Below are positions 1 through 11,847 of a DNA stretch of 53,963 bases, piece by piece. A program made the position numbers and the translations under genes. Source of the stretch: Octopus bimaculoides (taxonomy: Eukaryota); assembly GCF_001194135.2 (NCBI RefSeq), contig NC_068981.1, positions 135,491,174-135,545,136 on the forward strand, written 5' to 3'. The stretch's first letter is position 1. The number at the start of each line of letters is the position of its first letter. The notes beneath the pieces were generated by a model, which was not told where the DNA came from, ran no database searches, and saw only the letters and a list, made by a program, of their open reading frames with translations.

Positions 1-742
1 GGGCTGCCCCTGGGAGCTTCTGTATGCTGATGATCTGGCCCTCATAGCAGAATCACTACCAGAACTAGAGAAGAAATTTCAGGTGTGGAAGCAATGTTTA
101 GAATCAAAAGGCCTTAAAGTCAATGTAGCAAAGACCAAAGTTCTAGTAAGTAGGAAGGCAAACACATCCCCCCCCCCCTCTCAGGTAGGTGGCCCTGCTC
201 GATCTGTAGAAAAGGTGTAGGTAGAAACTCCATAAGATGTACCCAGTGTAAGCTATGGACACATAAGATGTGCAGCAACATCAAAGGAAGATTAACCAGG
301 AAGATAGCTTTTGTGTGCGGCAGATGCACAGGGGTAATAAACATCACAGATGCTCAGAAAACAGATTCCATCATACTCCAGTGGGAGAAACTAGAAGTAG
401 ATGATAGCTTCCACTAGTAGTGGGGGGTGGATGCTCAGAGAGTGTTACCACTAGAATAAGAACAGCTGGGCAAAGTTAAGAAAGCTTCTACCCCTACTTG
501 TGACAAAGGGTCTCTCACTCAAAGTGAAAGGTAGATTGTACAATGCATGTGTATTAACCGCCATGCTTCACGGCAGTGAAACATGGGGTGTGACTGCAGA
601 GGACATGCGTAGGCTTGAAAGAAATGAAGCTAGCATGATCTGCTGGATGTGTAATGTCAGTGTGCACACACAACAGGATGTAAGTGCCCTGAAAGAAATG
701 TTGGATATAAGAAGCATTGGATGTGGTGTGCAAGAGAGCAGC
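1..742 (+). mobile_element. RTE-clade LINE ORF2 relic (RT core end, PHD finger, C-terminal region), frameshifted
   Basis: Frame 1 reads GLPWELLYADDLALIAES...GLKVNVAKTKVLV. After a poly-C frameshift it reads WPCSICRKGVGRNSIRCTQCKLWTHKMC...FVCGRC, then KGRLYNACVLTAMLHGSETW and MRRLERNEASMICWMC, which are RTE motifs. Confidence 0.9.
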
Positions 743-969
743 CTCCGTCCGGCTGCTTTTCTTTCTACAAGACAGGAAGTTACATTGTGGAACAGTTATT
801 TTAATGAGTTGTATTTATTTATCACCTGACGAGATACATCTGCACTGCTGGATGTTCCTGAACCAGTTGTTGAGTGTCCCACCCATGAGGAATCAATGCT
901 AGATGTATTGAAACAATTGTTGTGATTAATAATAAATTCTCGTATATTCTATCTTCCATCTTTCATTTG

Positions 970-1033
<64 letters not shown>

Positions 1034-1809
1034 CACTGGCGACTCTGGCACTCGGGCCGTTCGTGCTTAGCCCAAGTATAAATTTAGCAAAGTGAACGTG
1101 TATTTGCAAGCTGATTTAATTTCTGCCAACACTGACTTCAAGTATATAATTTCAGCCAATAACTCGGGCTCCTTTTATTGAGTCTGGTTGCAGTTCATTT
1201 ATTTTTGTTCAGCGTCTGGCGGTCGTCTTAGAGGTGCCCTGTGTCAAAAAATATAATTTGTAGTAGATGGTCTCTTGACATTGTTCACACGCACCCGACT
1301 CGGGTTCAGAAGTTACAGCCCGAGTTGTTATCTATAATCATAAAAAATAAAAGTAATTCAAATTCAATGTTTTCTTAAATAAAGATATTAGCACTTAAAT
1401 TCCAATCTATGAAAAGTTTCTGTTCTGCAATATTCTTGAAGGTACGAAAAATTATCCAGCAACTCCGGCTTATGCCAACGAGCCTAGTAGGTGTAAAAGA
1501 CTAACTGGCATCTCTTGTCAAGAGTACAGGCGACGGTCAGGTCACTGATGTTTGTGGTGCACTCCGTTGTCGTTATTTGATTGCTGTTATTCTGTGTGTC
1601 TGTGTGTAAAGATCCGTTGTGTTTTGCAGGGTTGCTTTGTTATTATCCTTAACTTAGAAATGGAGAAAGACATAGTGCTAGGTATCAAAAATAAACCATT
1701 TGGGGCTAAAATATTATGGAAAAATATGAAGTTCTTTGAGCAGGCATGTGTCTTATGTGAAATCTGGGATGAGCCTGAGTGACGCTGATGATCTGGAGTC
1801 GCCTCTGGT

Positions 1810-2065
1810 ATATATATATGTATGTGTGTGTGTGTGTGTGTGTGTGAGTCTTTGTGACTGTGTTTGTCCTCCACTACCACTAGACAACCAGTGTTGATGT
1901 GTTTATGTCCTTGTAACCAAGCAGTTCAGCAAAAGAGATCAATAGAATAAATACCAGGCTTTAAAAAAAAAAGTACTGGGGTTGATTCATTTGACTAAAA
2001 ATTCTTCAAAATGGTGCCCCAGCATGGCCACAGCCTAATGACTGAAAGAGATAAAAGGTAAAAGG
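1810..2065 (+). mobile_element. SINE family B, 3' half with internal (TA)/(TG)n
   Basis: Aligns by eye to the tail of the copy at 43559-43957 (GACAACC...GTGTTTATGTCC...CCAGCATGGCC...ATGACTGAAA). Confidence 0.75.
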
Positions 2066-2651
2066 TTATTAAAATAAAATGGGATCTCATGAGGCACAGA
2101 AAAGTCGTTAATTTGCAATGTATTAAATAAAGTAACAACCTTTGTCTTTATCAATTTTTTTATTATTTCATTGTTGAATTCTTATACAATCTATTTTTAG
2201 AGTAAATTTATAAATTATGTTAATTATGTTAATTATGTTTAGTTAGTTTAGTTGAGATATGTCACTTGCCACCTAGGTGGGTGCAGTAGGGATAATAACT
2301 ACTAGTTGTTATAATATTCAAGTGTGATAGAAGCCCAGATCCACCACAAGGTCCTGTTTTTATTCTTTTCTACTCTAGGCACAAGGCCCGAAATTTTTGG
2401 GGTGGGGGCCAGTTGATTAGATCAATTCCAGTACGCTAACATTTCTGCCAGCTCGGCACCTCAGATCCTGTCCTTATTGCAACATGATGACTCTATATTT
2501 AGATTAAGATAGCTATGACTGGTTTATATGGTTACTCAGGGTTTCACATCCTTAAAGTGCTTAGCTTTACAATGTCTCATCAGACCCTAATGGCTGGTGG
2601 TAAATATATAGCATCATCATCATCATTTAACATTTATATACATACATACAT

Positions 2652-2726
<75 letters not shown>

Positions 2727-2943
2727 TGTGTGTATATATATATGTAAATTGGACTGTTTAGTTCCCTAAGAGTGGACAGAAAAAGAATATTATAATTCAT
2801 TATTGTCACTGAAATAACACATTTCTAATTATATTCCACTCATTGTGGATGCTGTGTTAAAACCAAGAATACTGTATTATTTACCATGAGAGGACCTCTT
2901 ATATGGACTTGTGGTGTATAATAGCTTTCGTGTCTATATTTTA

Positions 2944-3166
2944 ATGAGTAATAACCATCCACTACAGCTGCCAGAAGAAGCAGATCACATGTTTTCACCT
3001 TTCTTTGTCCTTGTCAATGACAGACGTCCAGTGGATATATTGGGGCAAATTTCCCGGTGAATGATATATAGACTATCACTGTCTGTCACAAATAGCCTGT
3101 GAGCTTATTAAAAATGATTAGCAACAGTAGAAGCAGTATTAATTCTGACAAATAATATTAACTCTT
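2944..3166 (+). repeat. Diverged direct repeat, copy 1
   Basis: ATGAGTAATAACCATCCACTACAG...GTCCTTGTCAATGACAGACGTCCAGTGGA...TGACAAATAATATTAACTCTT, shared with 3807-4030. Confidence 0.9.
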
Positions 3167-3256
3167 TAACATTCAGATTACTCTTTTGAATGTAATGCTT
3201 ATTCACATCGTTCTCAGTGAATCATGTATTATCATGTAGCTTTAAGATCTTGATGA

Positions 3257-3575
3257 TGATGAGGATGATTGTTACATGCTGGCATGGGTTGGATGGTTTG
3301 ACAGAGCCAACCAGGCAGAAGCCTGCACCAGACTTCTGTGACTGTTTTGGCAGGATTTTTATGGCTGGATGCCCTTCTTAACATCAACCACCCAGCAGAG
3401 TGGACTTAGTGCTTTTTACGTTGCACAAGCACAGGCAAGGTCAGTTTTGGCAAGGTATTTACAGCTGGATGCCCTTCCAAATGCCAGCCACTTTACACTG
3501 TGGACTGGATGCTGTTTAAGTGGCACCTGAACTGACAGACAGGGTCACCAAGTAACCTGCAAGACAAAAATCTTT
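3257..3575 (-). mobile_element. Probable LINE (RTE-type) 3' end with (GAT)n tail
   Basis: Reverse complement of the family at 6560-6795. Contains repeated GGATGCCCTTC motifs and CATGCTGGCATGGGTTGGA next to the GAT repeat. Confidence 0.6.
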
Positions 3576-3705
3576 TGAGAGGGGAGGAGATATTGGAGGA
3601 GGTGATCTTGTGTCAGATGGTGAAAGGTTATAGTGAGACAGAGAGACAGAAACAGGTGTCTTGCTGTAGAGGAGGTACAAGGTTACCTGGCTGGGGGTGG
3701 GGAAA

Positions 3706-3732
3706 GAGAGAGAGAGGGAGAGAGAGAGAGAA

Positions 3733-3793
<61 letters not shown>

Positions 3794-3798
3794 GAGAG
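3706..3798. repeat. (GA)n microsatellite
   Basis: Seen directly. Confidence 0.95.
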
Positions 3799-3806
3799 CA
3801 GGAATG

Positions 3807-4030
3807 ATGAGTAATAACCATCCACTACAGTTGCTATAACAGACAGATCACGTAATTTCCCCTTTCTTTTGTCCTTGTCAATGACAGACGTCCAGTGGAG
3901 ATATAGGAACCAATTTCTCTGTCAAGGATATATAGAATATCGGTGTCCGTCGCAAATAGCTTGTGAGCTTATTAAAAATAATTAGTAGCTATAGAAGCAT
4001 TATTAATACTGACAAATAATATTAACTCTT
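3807..4030 (+). repeat. Diverged direct repeat, copy 2
   Basis: See 2944-3166. Confidence 0.9.
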
Positions 4031-4167
4031 GTCCATGTTTTACGTCTGACTGTTCAAGAATATCAAACATGTCAATTTCACTGGTTTTGGAAAGTCTGCA
4101 AATTCCATAGAAGCCATAAGAACAACTACTTTCTCCAGACCAAAACATGCAAAGAAGGAAAAAAGTA

Positions 4168-4345
4168 GCATAGCTGAATAGTTAAGAAGTTTGCTTTATA
4201 ATCATATGGTTTCAGGTTCAATCCTTCTGTGTGGCACTTTAAACAAGTAGCTTTTACTATAGCCTTAGGCCAATCAATTCTTTGTGTGTGAACTTGGAAG
4301 CAGGAAACTGTGGAGAAGCCTGTTGTGTGTGTGTGCTTGTGTGTG
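4168..4345 (+). mobile_element. SINE family B head, diverged
   Basis: GGTTCAATCC (B box), GTGGCACTTTAAACAAGT (CORE-like), ACTATAGCCTTAGGCC, GGAAACTG. Confidence 0.65.
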
Positions 4346-4533
4346 CGCACGCATATGTAATGTCTACTTTTCCATGTTTACATGGGTCAGATGGAATTTT
4401 CTACAGTTGGATGCCCTTCCTGTTGCCAATTCTCACTTGTCTCCAAGCAAGGTCATTTTGGTCGAGGAATTGTGGATTGGATGATTATCTCATATATGTA
4501 AACTTAACATGAATAATTACTTTAAGGTGCTAT

Positions 4534-4850
<317 letters not shown>

Positions 4851-6559
4851 AAAAAGAGAAGGGAAAGGAAAAAGCTCCCTCAGCTCATTGGGGAAGGAAT
4901 ATTTGAGAGGGGTGAACAGTGCTGGATCAAGGGAACTGAGGGCTCCACAGAAATGGTAAATGGTCTATGGCACAAGAAAAAAAAAAATCACTTTAAACTT
5001 CTTAAAATTAATATTTGAGATACCTTATCTCTACTGAGTATAGAAGCAGATATGTTTCATAAGATTAATTTGGGGGATCTGATCAAAGAATTGCAATTAA
5101 AAAAATTAGCAGACTTTTCAAATATAAATAAAGTGGAAGTTTACAAATATACAAAAATAAACATTGTTTTCCATTTTATTGTTAGTTTTGTTTATTATGG
5201 TTTATTATTGTTTATATTTTGAATTGCATATATATATATATGGGACACCAAAATCTTTTAAGTGCATAGGGCCTCTATGAGTCTTAATCCAGTCCTGGGA
5301 GCAAGAGGTGGCTTTGTGTCAAGTGCAGTGCAGTGTCTTGGAAAATACTTCTGAATATCAGATTGAGGAATGCGTCAGAGAGTCAACACTAAATGAAATG
5401 AACAAAAAAGAAAAGATCCTATTTTTGTTCTTGTAAAACACATAAGCCATAAATTGAAAATAGTGACACTTGAGCATTTCCTTAAAACAGCTGCAACATA
5501 AGTGAAATGATGCTGAGTAGGAATCAAAACTAAATTACCGATTCAGCTCAATGATGGTTTATTACCATACTATAATTTATACTTTTTGGAAATTAAATAC
5601 AATAGCATTTGATGGGATTAGTTTAAAATTTCTATATTATGATATCGTAAAAAGGAAGTGAAGTGAAATGAAATGCATTTATTTAAAAATAGTTCAATTC
5701 AATGCTAGATGTATTTATTTGAAACCATTGCAGTTTAACATTATTATTAGTAAATTAAACAACCTCCTTTCTACACCTTGCCATCACTCTTAATAGATTT
5801 CCAATTTATGTTAGAAACATCATGATGGCATGGCTATATATTCTTTTAAATTTTCTCTAAATTTAATAAGATTTTCCAATTTACTCAATGAGCAAATTGT
5901 CAAACATCAAATATTGTAAGAATAGTGAAGAATACTTTATCAAATTATCAGCTTCATCTGTCTTTCTTGATTACATGAAATTCCATTGATGAATTACGTA
6001 GTTGCTTGTTTTGTGTTTATTTATGTAATTATAAGTAAGCTAACATTTAAAAATTTATCTCAGGCTGACACCTTCATAATGCTTGAAACATAAGAAGAAA
6101 GAAAGAAAGCACACATGCAGTTTGACGGCAGCGATGACGACGACGATGACGTTGACGACGATGACGATGATGATGATGTTTATTTTCTTTATCAGTTTCA
6201 TTCCTTTGTTTCTCCTTCAAGTATATCTATGGAGATTGCTACAGGTTATGCACCTCCTACCTGCGGATATGAGACACACCTCGACTGCTTTTTATTTTCA
6301 TTATTTTATTTTGCTCCTACAGTTAAATGTGTAACTACTAGTGTATGAGTTAGAGCTCCAAAGTAGATTATCAATATCCACTTGGCTTCAAGTATAGTGC
6401 TTAGCTGACCACTGTACTCAGCAGTGTTACCAGTTATGAGATATAGAGCAGGTGTAGTAGAAAATTAAGATAAACACCAATACAAATGTTCAGTTCTTAT
6501 GTGTATCTCACTTTTACATTTGGATGTCTAACTGCAGTTAGGCATCCAGATGTTCCAAA

Positions 6560-6795
6560 TAATCACAAGCGTGGTCTATGCCAGTACTGCGTGACTGGCC
6601 CTCATGCTGGTGGCACGTAAAAAGCACCTACTGCACTCTTGGAGTGATTGGTGTTAGGAAGGGCATCCAGCTGTAGAAACCTTGCCAGATCAGATTGGAG
6701 CCTGGTACAGCCTTCTGGCTTGCCAGTCCTCAGTCAAATCGTCCAACCCATGCCAACATGGAAAGTAGACGTTAAATGATGATAATGATGATGAT
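6560..6795 (+). mobile_element. Probable LINE (RTE-type) 3' end
   Basis: GTTAGGAAGGGCATCCAGCTGTAGAAACC...CAACCCATGCCAACATGGAAAGTAGACGTTAAATGATGAT. Same family as 38330-38740. Confidence 0.65.
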
Positions 6796-7015
6796 GTGAA
6801 ACAGATGTAGGAACTAAATATTTATACTTTTATTATTTTATTCATGTTAAGTTATGTTTAACATGATTGAATGTAATTGGACAAGAATAGTCTGGGGAGA
6901 AAATTTTCCACTTATGAGGTGTATTCCAGAAATTTTGAGACTTTTTTTATGTGAAGCAGTTATAAACATCCTAAATTATTGTAATTTTAGTGTGTCATTA
7001 CATTACAGTCAATGA

Positions 7016-7235
7016 AAGGTGGTGAGCTGGCAGAATCATTAGCATGCCAGGTGAAATGCTTGGTGGTATTTCGTCTGCCACTACATTCTGAGTTTAAATT
7101 CCGACAAGGTCAACTCCGTCTTTCATCCTTTTGGGGTCAATAAATTATATACTAGTTGAATACTGGGTTGATGTAATCGACTATCCCCCTCCCCCAAATT
7201 TCAAGCCTCGTGCCTTTAACAAAGGATTACATTAC
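7016..7235 (+). mobile_element. SINE family A (tRNA-derived), CpG-decayed copy
   Basis: A box GAGCTGGCAGAATC, B box GAGTTTAAATTCC, central CTTTCATCCTTTTTGGGGTCAATAAA. Confidence 0.85.
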
Positions 7236-7586
7236 AGTTAATAAGCTGACCCATCAACTTTTGTTATTCCACATTGAAAGAGACCAGTGTAACAGTACCA
7301 CCGTAATACATCCTGCTAAACACTACTAATTACAGCTGACTAGTTTGTCAAATGCAGTTGGGATGTGAGGACAATTTGGAAGTTTACTATGTAATGAAAT
7401 TTTGTGTTAGGCTGGGCAAAAATGTTAGAGAAACTTATGAAATGCTCCAGACTGGTTATGGATTGACTTTTTCACTGGCACAAGGATAGTAAAGAAGAGG
7501 TGAAAGACATTGAGAGGTGTGGGAGGGAGAAGGAAGTCAGATCTGGTTGAGAAAATTTATGTGCAATTTTCTGGATGGAAACTGTT

Positions 7587-8090
7587 GAGTGGCTGTGTAA
7601 GTAGCTTGCTTACCAGCCACATGGTTCCGGGTTCATTCCCACTGCGTGGCACTTTGGGCAAGTGTCTTCTACTATAGCCTCGGGCCAATCAAAGTCTTGT
7701 GAGTGGATTTGGTTGACAGAAACTGAAAGAAGCCTATTGTATATGTGTGTGTGTGTGTGTGTGTGNNNNNNNNNNNNNNNNNNNNNNNNNNNNNNNNNNN
7801 NNNNNNNNNNNNNNNNNNNNNNNNNNNNNNNNNNNNNNNNNNNNNNNNNNNNNNNNNNNNNNNNNNNNNNNNNNNGTATGCTTGTGTGTCTGTGTTTGTT
7901 CCCCCAACATTGCTTGTCAACCGATGCTGGTGTGTTTACATCCCTGTAACTTAGTGGCTTGGCAAAAGAGACCGATAGAATAAGAACTAGGTTTACAAAG
8001 AATAAGTCCTGGGGTTGATTTGTTCGACTAAATGAGATGCTCCAGCATGACTGCAGTCAAATGACTGAAACAGGTAAAAGAATAAAAGAA
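7587..8090 (+). mobile_element. SINE family B (tRNA head, CORE-like segment, internal microsatellite containing a gap)
   Basis: GAGTGGCTGTGTAAG...GGTTCATTCCC...CTTTGGGCAAGTGTCTT...tail ATGACTGAAACAGGTAAAAG. Confidence 0.9.
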
Positions 8091-8996
8091 TACAATTCAG
8101 AGTTGGTGTGGCAACTATACACAGAATTATTCATGAAGATCTGAACATGCACAAAATGTGTTCCCAGAGCGTTCAGTGACGAGCATCCTGATAAGCAACT
8201 ACTCGACACAGATGGGCACCAAAACTGTCTGTCACCCTCCTTACAATCCAGACCTAGTTCCCTGTGACTTTTGCTTGTTACCCCAAGCTGAATGAGAATC
8301 TCAGGAGCAGCTGTTTTGAAGATGAAGGAGATAGTGACAAGAGTTCTGGACATCTTCACTTTGGAAGACTTCCATGAAGCCTTCACGAAGTAGCTGGTGC
8401 ACCGAAACAAGTATATTGAAATTAGAGGTTTGTACTTCAAAGAAGATTAGAGTGTTGTACTTCTTTGAAATAAAGGTATTTCCTGAAAAAGTCTCAGAAC
8501 TTTTGGAATGCACCTTGTAGACTTGTGTAAATATGCATGTTGTGCTTTGGATCTGAATGTATTTACATGAATTTAGGTGGAGAATTTTATCCCAAGATTA
8601 TTCTTGTAGTGATAGGTTTTTATCACATCTGTTTACAATTGCACATGTTAAACATGACTTCACATAAATATATTTTATACAAAGCTACTTCATGTGACTT
8701 GAATAATTTTTACTTTATAATTCTAGCCAGAGGAAGAAATGCAGTGTTAAGGGTCTTTGAAACTGGTCAGAGAAAGGGATAAAGTTACATTCAGACAGTA
8801 AGTAGCCTGTCTTGAAAGCTTGAAACAAAGTGGTCTCAGTTGTAAAAGGTACCTAAAGGTCAAATGTTGGTGTTAGACAGGATCATAGATTGAGTTAGTT
8901 GGCCCAGAACAAGTACAGTCTGACAAGATTCCATACAATTTATGTCTGCTCAATTTAAATCACAAAACCTAAGTCAACCCAAAGTTATAGTGGAGT

Positions 8997-9212
8997 ACAA
9001 GGATAGTAAAGAAGAGGTGAAAGACATTGAGAGGTGTGGGAGGGAGAAGGAAGTCAGATCTGGTTGAGAAACTTTATGTGCAATTTTCTGGATGGAAACT
9101 GTTGAGTGGCTGTGTAAGTAGCTTGCTTACCAGCCACATGGTTCCCGGTTCAGTCCCACTGCATGGCACTTTGGGCAAGTGTCTTCTACTATAGCCTCGG
9201 GCCAAAGTCTTG
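8997..9212 (+). repeat. Near-identical local duplicate of 7480-7699
   Basis: ACAAGGATAGTAAAGAAGAGG...GCCTCGGGCCAA repeats with only a few substitutions and spans the mariner/SINE junction. Confidence 0.9.
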
Positions 9213-9473
9213 ATGCAATGACAAGGTATGTGGAGGCTGTGCTTGATAGGATATCATTCATTACCAGATATCTGCATACTGAGTATACATATATTCTCTT
9301 TCTAATAATGACTTCTCCCGCTCAACTATGAAATATGGATGTATGTATCCTTCATAGAATGTATTCTTCATGTATGCATGATATATTGTGCAGATATGAA
9401 TGTTTTGACTTATGTATGTGTGTGTGTGTGTATATATATGTGTGTGTGTGTGTGTGTGTATATACTCTTTCTC

Positions 9474-9861
9474 TCTTTTACTCTTTTACTTGTTTCAGTC
9501 ATTTGACTGTGGCCATGCTGGAGCACTGCCTTTAGTTGAGCAAATCGACCCCAGGATTTATTCTTTGGAAGCCTAGTACTTATTCTATCAGTTTCTTTTG
9601 CTGAACTGCTAAGTTACGGGGACGTAAACACACCAGCATCGGTTGTCAAGCGACGGNNNNNNNNNNATATATATATATATATATATATACATATATACGA
9701 CGGGCTTCTTTCAGTTTCCGTCTACCAAATCCACCCACAAGGCTTTGGTCGGCCCAAGGCTATAGTAGAAGACACTTGCCCAAGGTGCCATGTAGTGGGA
9801 CTGAACCCAGAACCATTCGGTTGGTAAGCAAGCTACTTACCACACAGCCACTCTTGCGCCT
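9474..9861 (-). mobile_element. SINE family B, full length
   Basis: Reverse complement of 43559-43957. Confidence 0.9.
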
Positions 9862-10017
9862 ATATATATATGAATATGCATATATATGCCCAAATGTACA
9901 TATATGGAATGTTTTAAATATTTTTCACAGTTCCATTAATGACTTACAGCAGTAACTTTCTGATTAGTTGCATCCTATATATTAGTATGTTTCAACAATC
10001 TAGTCTGGTGTGAATCT

Positions 10018-10345
10018 CCTCCTCCTCCTCCTGCCCTCCTGCTCCTGCTCCTGTTCTTCCTCCACCTGCTCCTCCTGCTCCTGCCCTCCTGCTTCTGCTC
10101 CTGTTCTCCCTCCACCTGCTCCTCCTGCTCCTGCCCTCCTGCTTCTGATCCTGTTCTTCCTCCACCTGCTCCTCCTGCCCCTGCCCTCCTGTTTCTGCTC
10201 CTGTTCTCCCTCCACCTTCTCCTCCTGTTTCTGCTCCTCCTCCACCTGCTCCTCCTGTTTCTGCTCCTCTTGCATCTGCTCCTCCTCCTGCTTCTACCTC
10301 TCCTCCTGCTGCTCCACCCTGCTATTGCTGCTGCTGCTGCTGCTC
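10018..10345. repeat. Cryptic (CTCCTG)-type low-complexity repeat
   Basis: Imperfect CTGCTCCTCCTGCTCCTGCCCTC units. Confidence 0.85.
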
Positions 10346-10892
10346 CTCTTCCTCCTTCTCGTCGTCGTAGCCATCGTCGTTGCCGCTGCTGCCAGTATTA
10401 GTAAGGTTGCCATGCAACTTGCAAGACTACAAACCTCATCGGGGTCGATAAATTAAGTACCAGTTGCATACTGGGTTGATCTAATCGACTAGCCCCTTCC
10501 ACAAAAATTCGGGTCTTGTGCCTAAAGTAAAAACGACTACAAACCTCATAGTCGGGTGGAGATCAGCTTTATGCATGGAGACGAGGGATTAAAGTATGAG
10601 AGAAGGAAGCAGAGCAGGTGTTTACTGTAGATGATCTACGTGGCTATTGACATTTAGAATAAAGGATGAGAATGATCAGAGGTGAATAGTGGCCTCCAGG
10701 TGGCCCTCAAGGTACACAGTGGATAGAAGTTAATAGGGATAGTAGAACAATAGAGTATTTACTTCAGGAGTCAAATAACATTAATTTTTAACTGGTTTTG
10801 AGCTCAGGAATTTTGCATTTGTTGATTGAAGGCGTGAACGTAAAATATGAATATTTTTATTATTAGTTCGTCCGTCGTTGTTGACATCACAT

Positions 10893-11045
10893 GAGTGGAA
10901 CCTTGTCTTGTCAGGTAATTTTCAACAACTTTCTCAGGCAATACCTGTGGAAGCAGTTTAGCCTTTTGGAGTGGCACTCGTAAACCGTTCAAGTCTCGCA
11001 GGCATATAATGGCATAGGCAGTACAACTGCTTGATACACCTCCAA
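10893..11045 (-). mobile_element. RTE LINE ORF2 fragment
   Basis: VYQAVVLPMPLYACET*TVYECHSKRLNCFHRYCLRKLLKIT*QDKVP matches the RTE post-RT motif. Confidence 0.8.
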
Positions 11046-11615
11046 CTAGATGGCAAGCCTAATACCTCTCCTCCCCAACACTTTATTTACAAATAATAGC
11101 GATATTACACATTGCAATATTGATAAGTAAGTTGTGAGGTTTCCCTTATTGTTAAAGGTTCTGTATTAGTCAAACTTCATAAAGTATTATTATTTTGGTG
11201 AAGCAACTCTGTTAATTATCTTTCAGTTAGACAAGAAAAAAAGCTGTTTCATTTTATATTTCTTGTTTGTCATATAGTAATGGCTGATTAAACATTACAA
11301 CATATGTGTGAGACATATTATTTGTGGTAAGAATGGTTCATTGTTTGAGTGGATCTTTGCGTTTGCTGTCTGCAAATGAAGAACAGTTGAGAGTCAAAAT
11401 CTCATTGTTTAATATAAATGGTTTCACAAGCAATCTCGTATTTGTCAATGCTAGCTTCCAGTAATTTTCACGTTACTTTATGTTATTGAAAGAAAGCGAT
11501 GGAAGAAGGAAATATTACCATTGCATTTCAAAATAAGTACTACTTGTTCGTATGTATGTATGTATGTATGTATGTATGTATGGATGGATGCATGCATGCA
11601 TACAATTATATATAT

Positions 11616-11847
11616 ATTTCTTTATTGCCCACAGGGGGCTCAACATAGAGGGGACAAACAAGGACAGACAGAGGGATTAAGTTGATTACATTGATCCCAG
11701 TGCGTAACTGATATTTATTTAATCGACCATGAAAGGATGAAAGGCAAAGTCGACCTCGGTGGAATTTGAACTTAGAACGTAACGGCAGACGAAATACCGC
11801 TAAGAATTTTGCCCGGAGTGCTAACGATTCTGCCAGCTCGCCGCCCT
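11616..11847 (-). mobile_element. SINE family A, full length
   Basis: Reverse complement of 14792-15030, including the GCAATAAAGAAAT tail. Confidence 0.9.

Larger units (their letters stand above)
6913..8519 (+). mobile_element. Internally deleted mariner element carrying two SINE insertions
   Basis: TIRs TA-TGAGGTGTATTCCAGAAATTTTGAGACTTTTT and AAAAAGTCTCAGAACTTTTGGAATGCACCTTG-TA. Transposase remnants KFCVRLGKNVRETYEMLQTGYG, FHWHKDSKEEVKDIERCGR, IIHEDLNMHK and HPPYNPDLVPCDF (the YSPDLAP motif). Confidence 0.85.

Noticed and set aside
828-900. CTGACGA plus hairpin, as a possible hammerhead
   Set aside because: GAAA is replaced by GAAC, and stems I and III cannot be formed.
6221-6290. Possible plus-strand exon after a polypyrimidine tract and AG
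   Set aside because: Short, with no convincing donor or recognisable peptide.
10000-10456. Glu/Gln-rich and Cys/Ser-rich ORFs
   Set aside because: Low-complexity repeat that is open in several frames on both strands.
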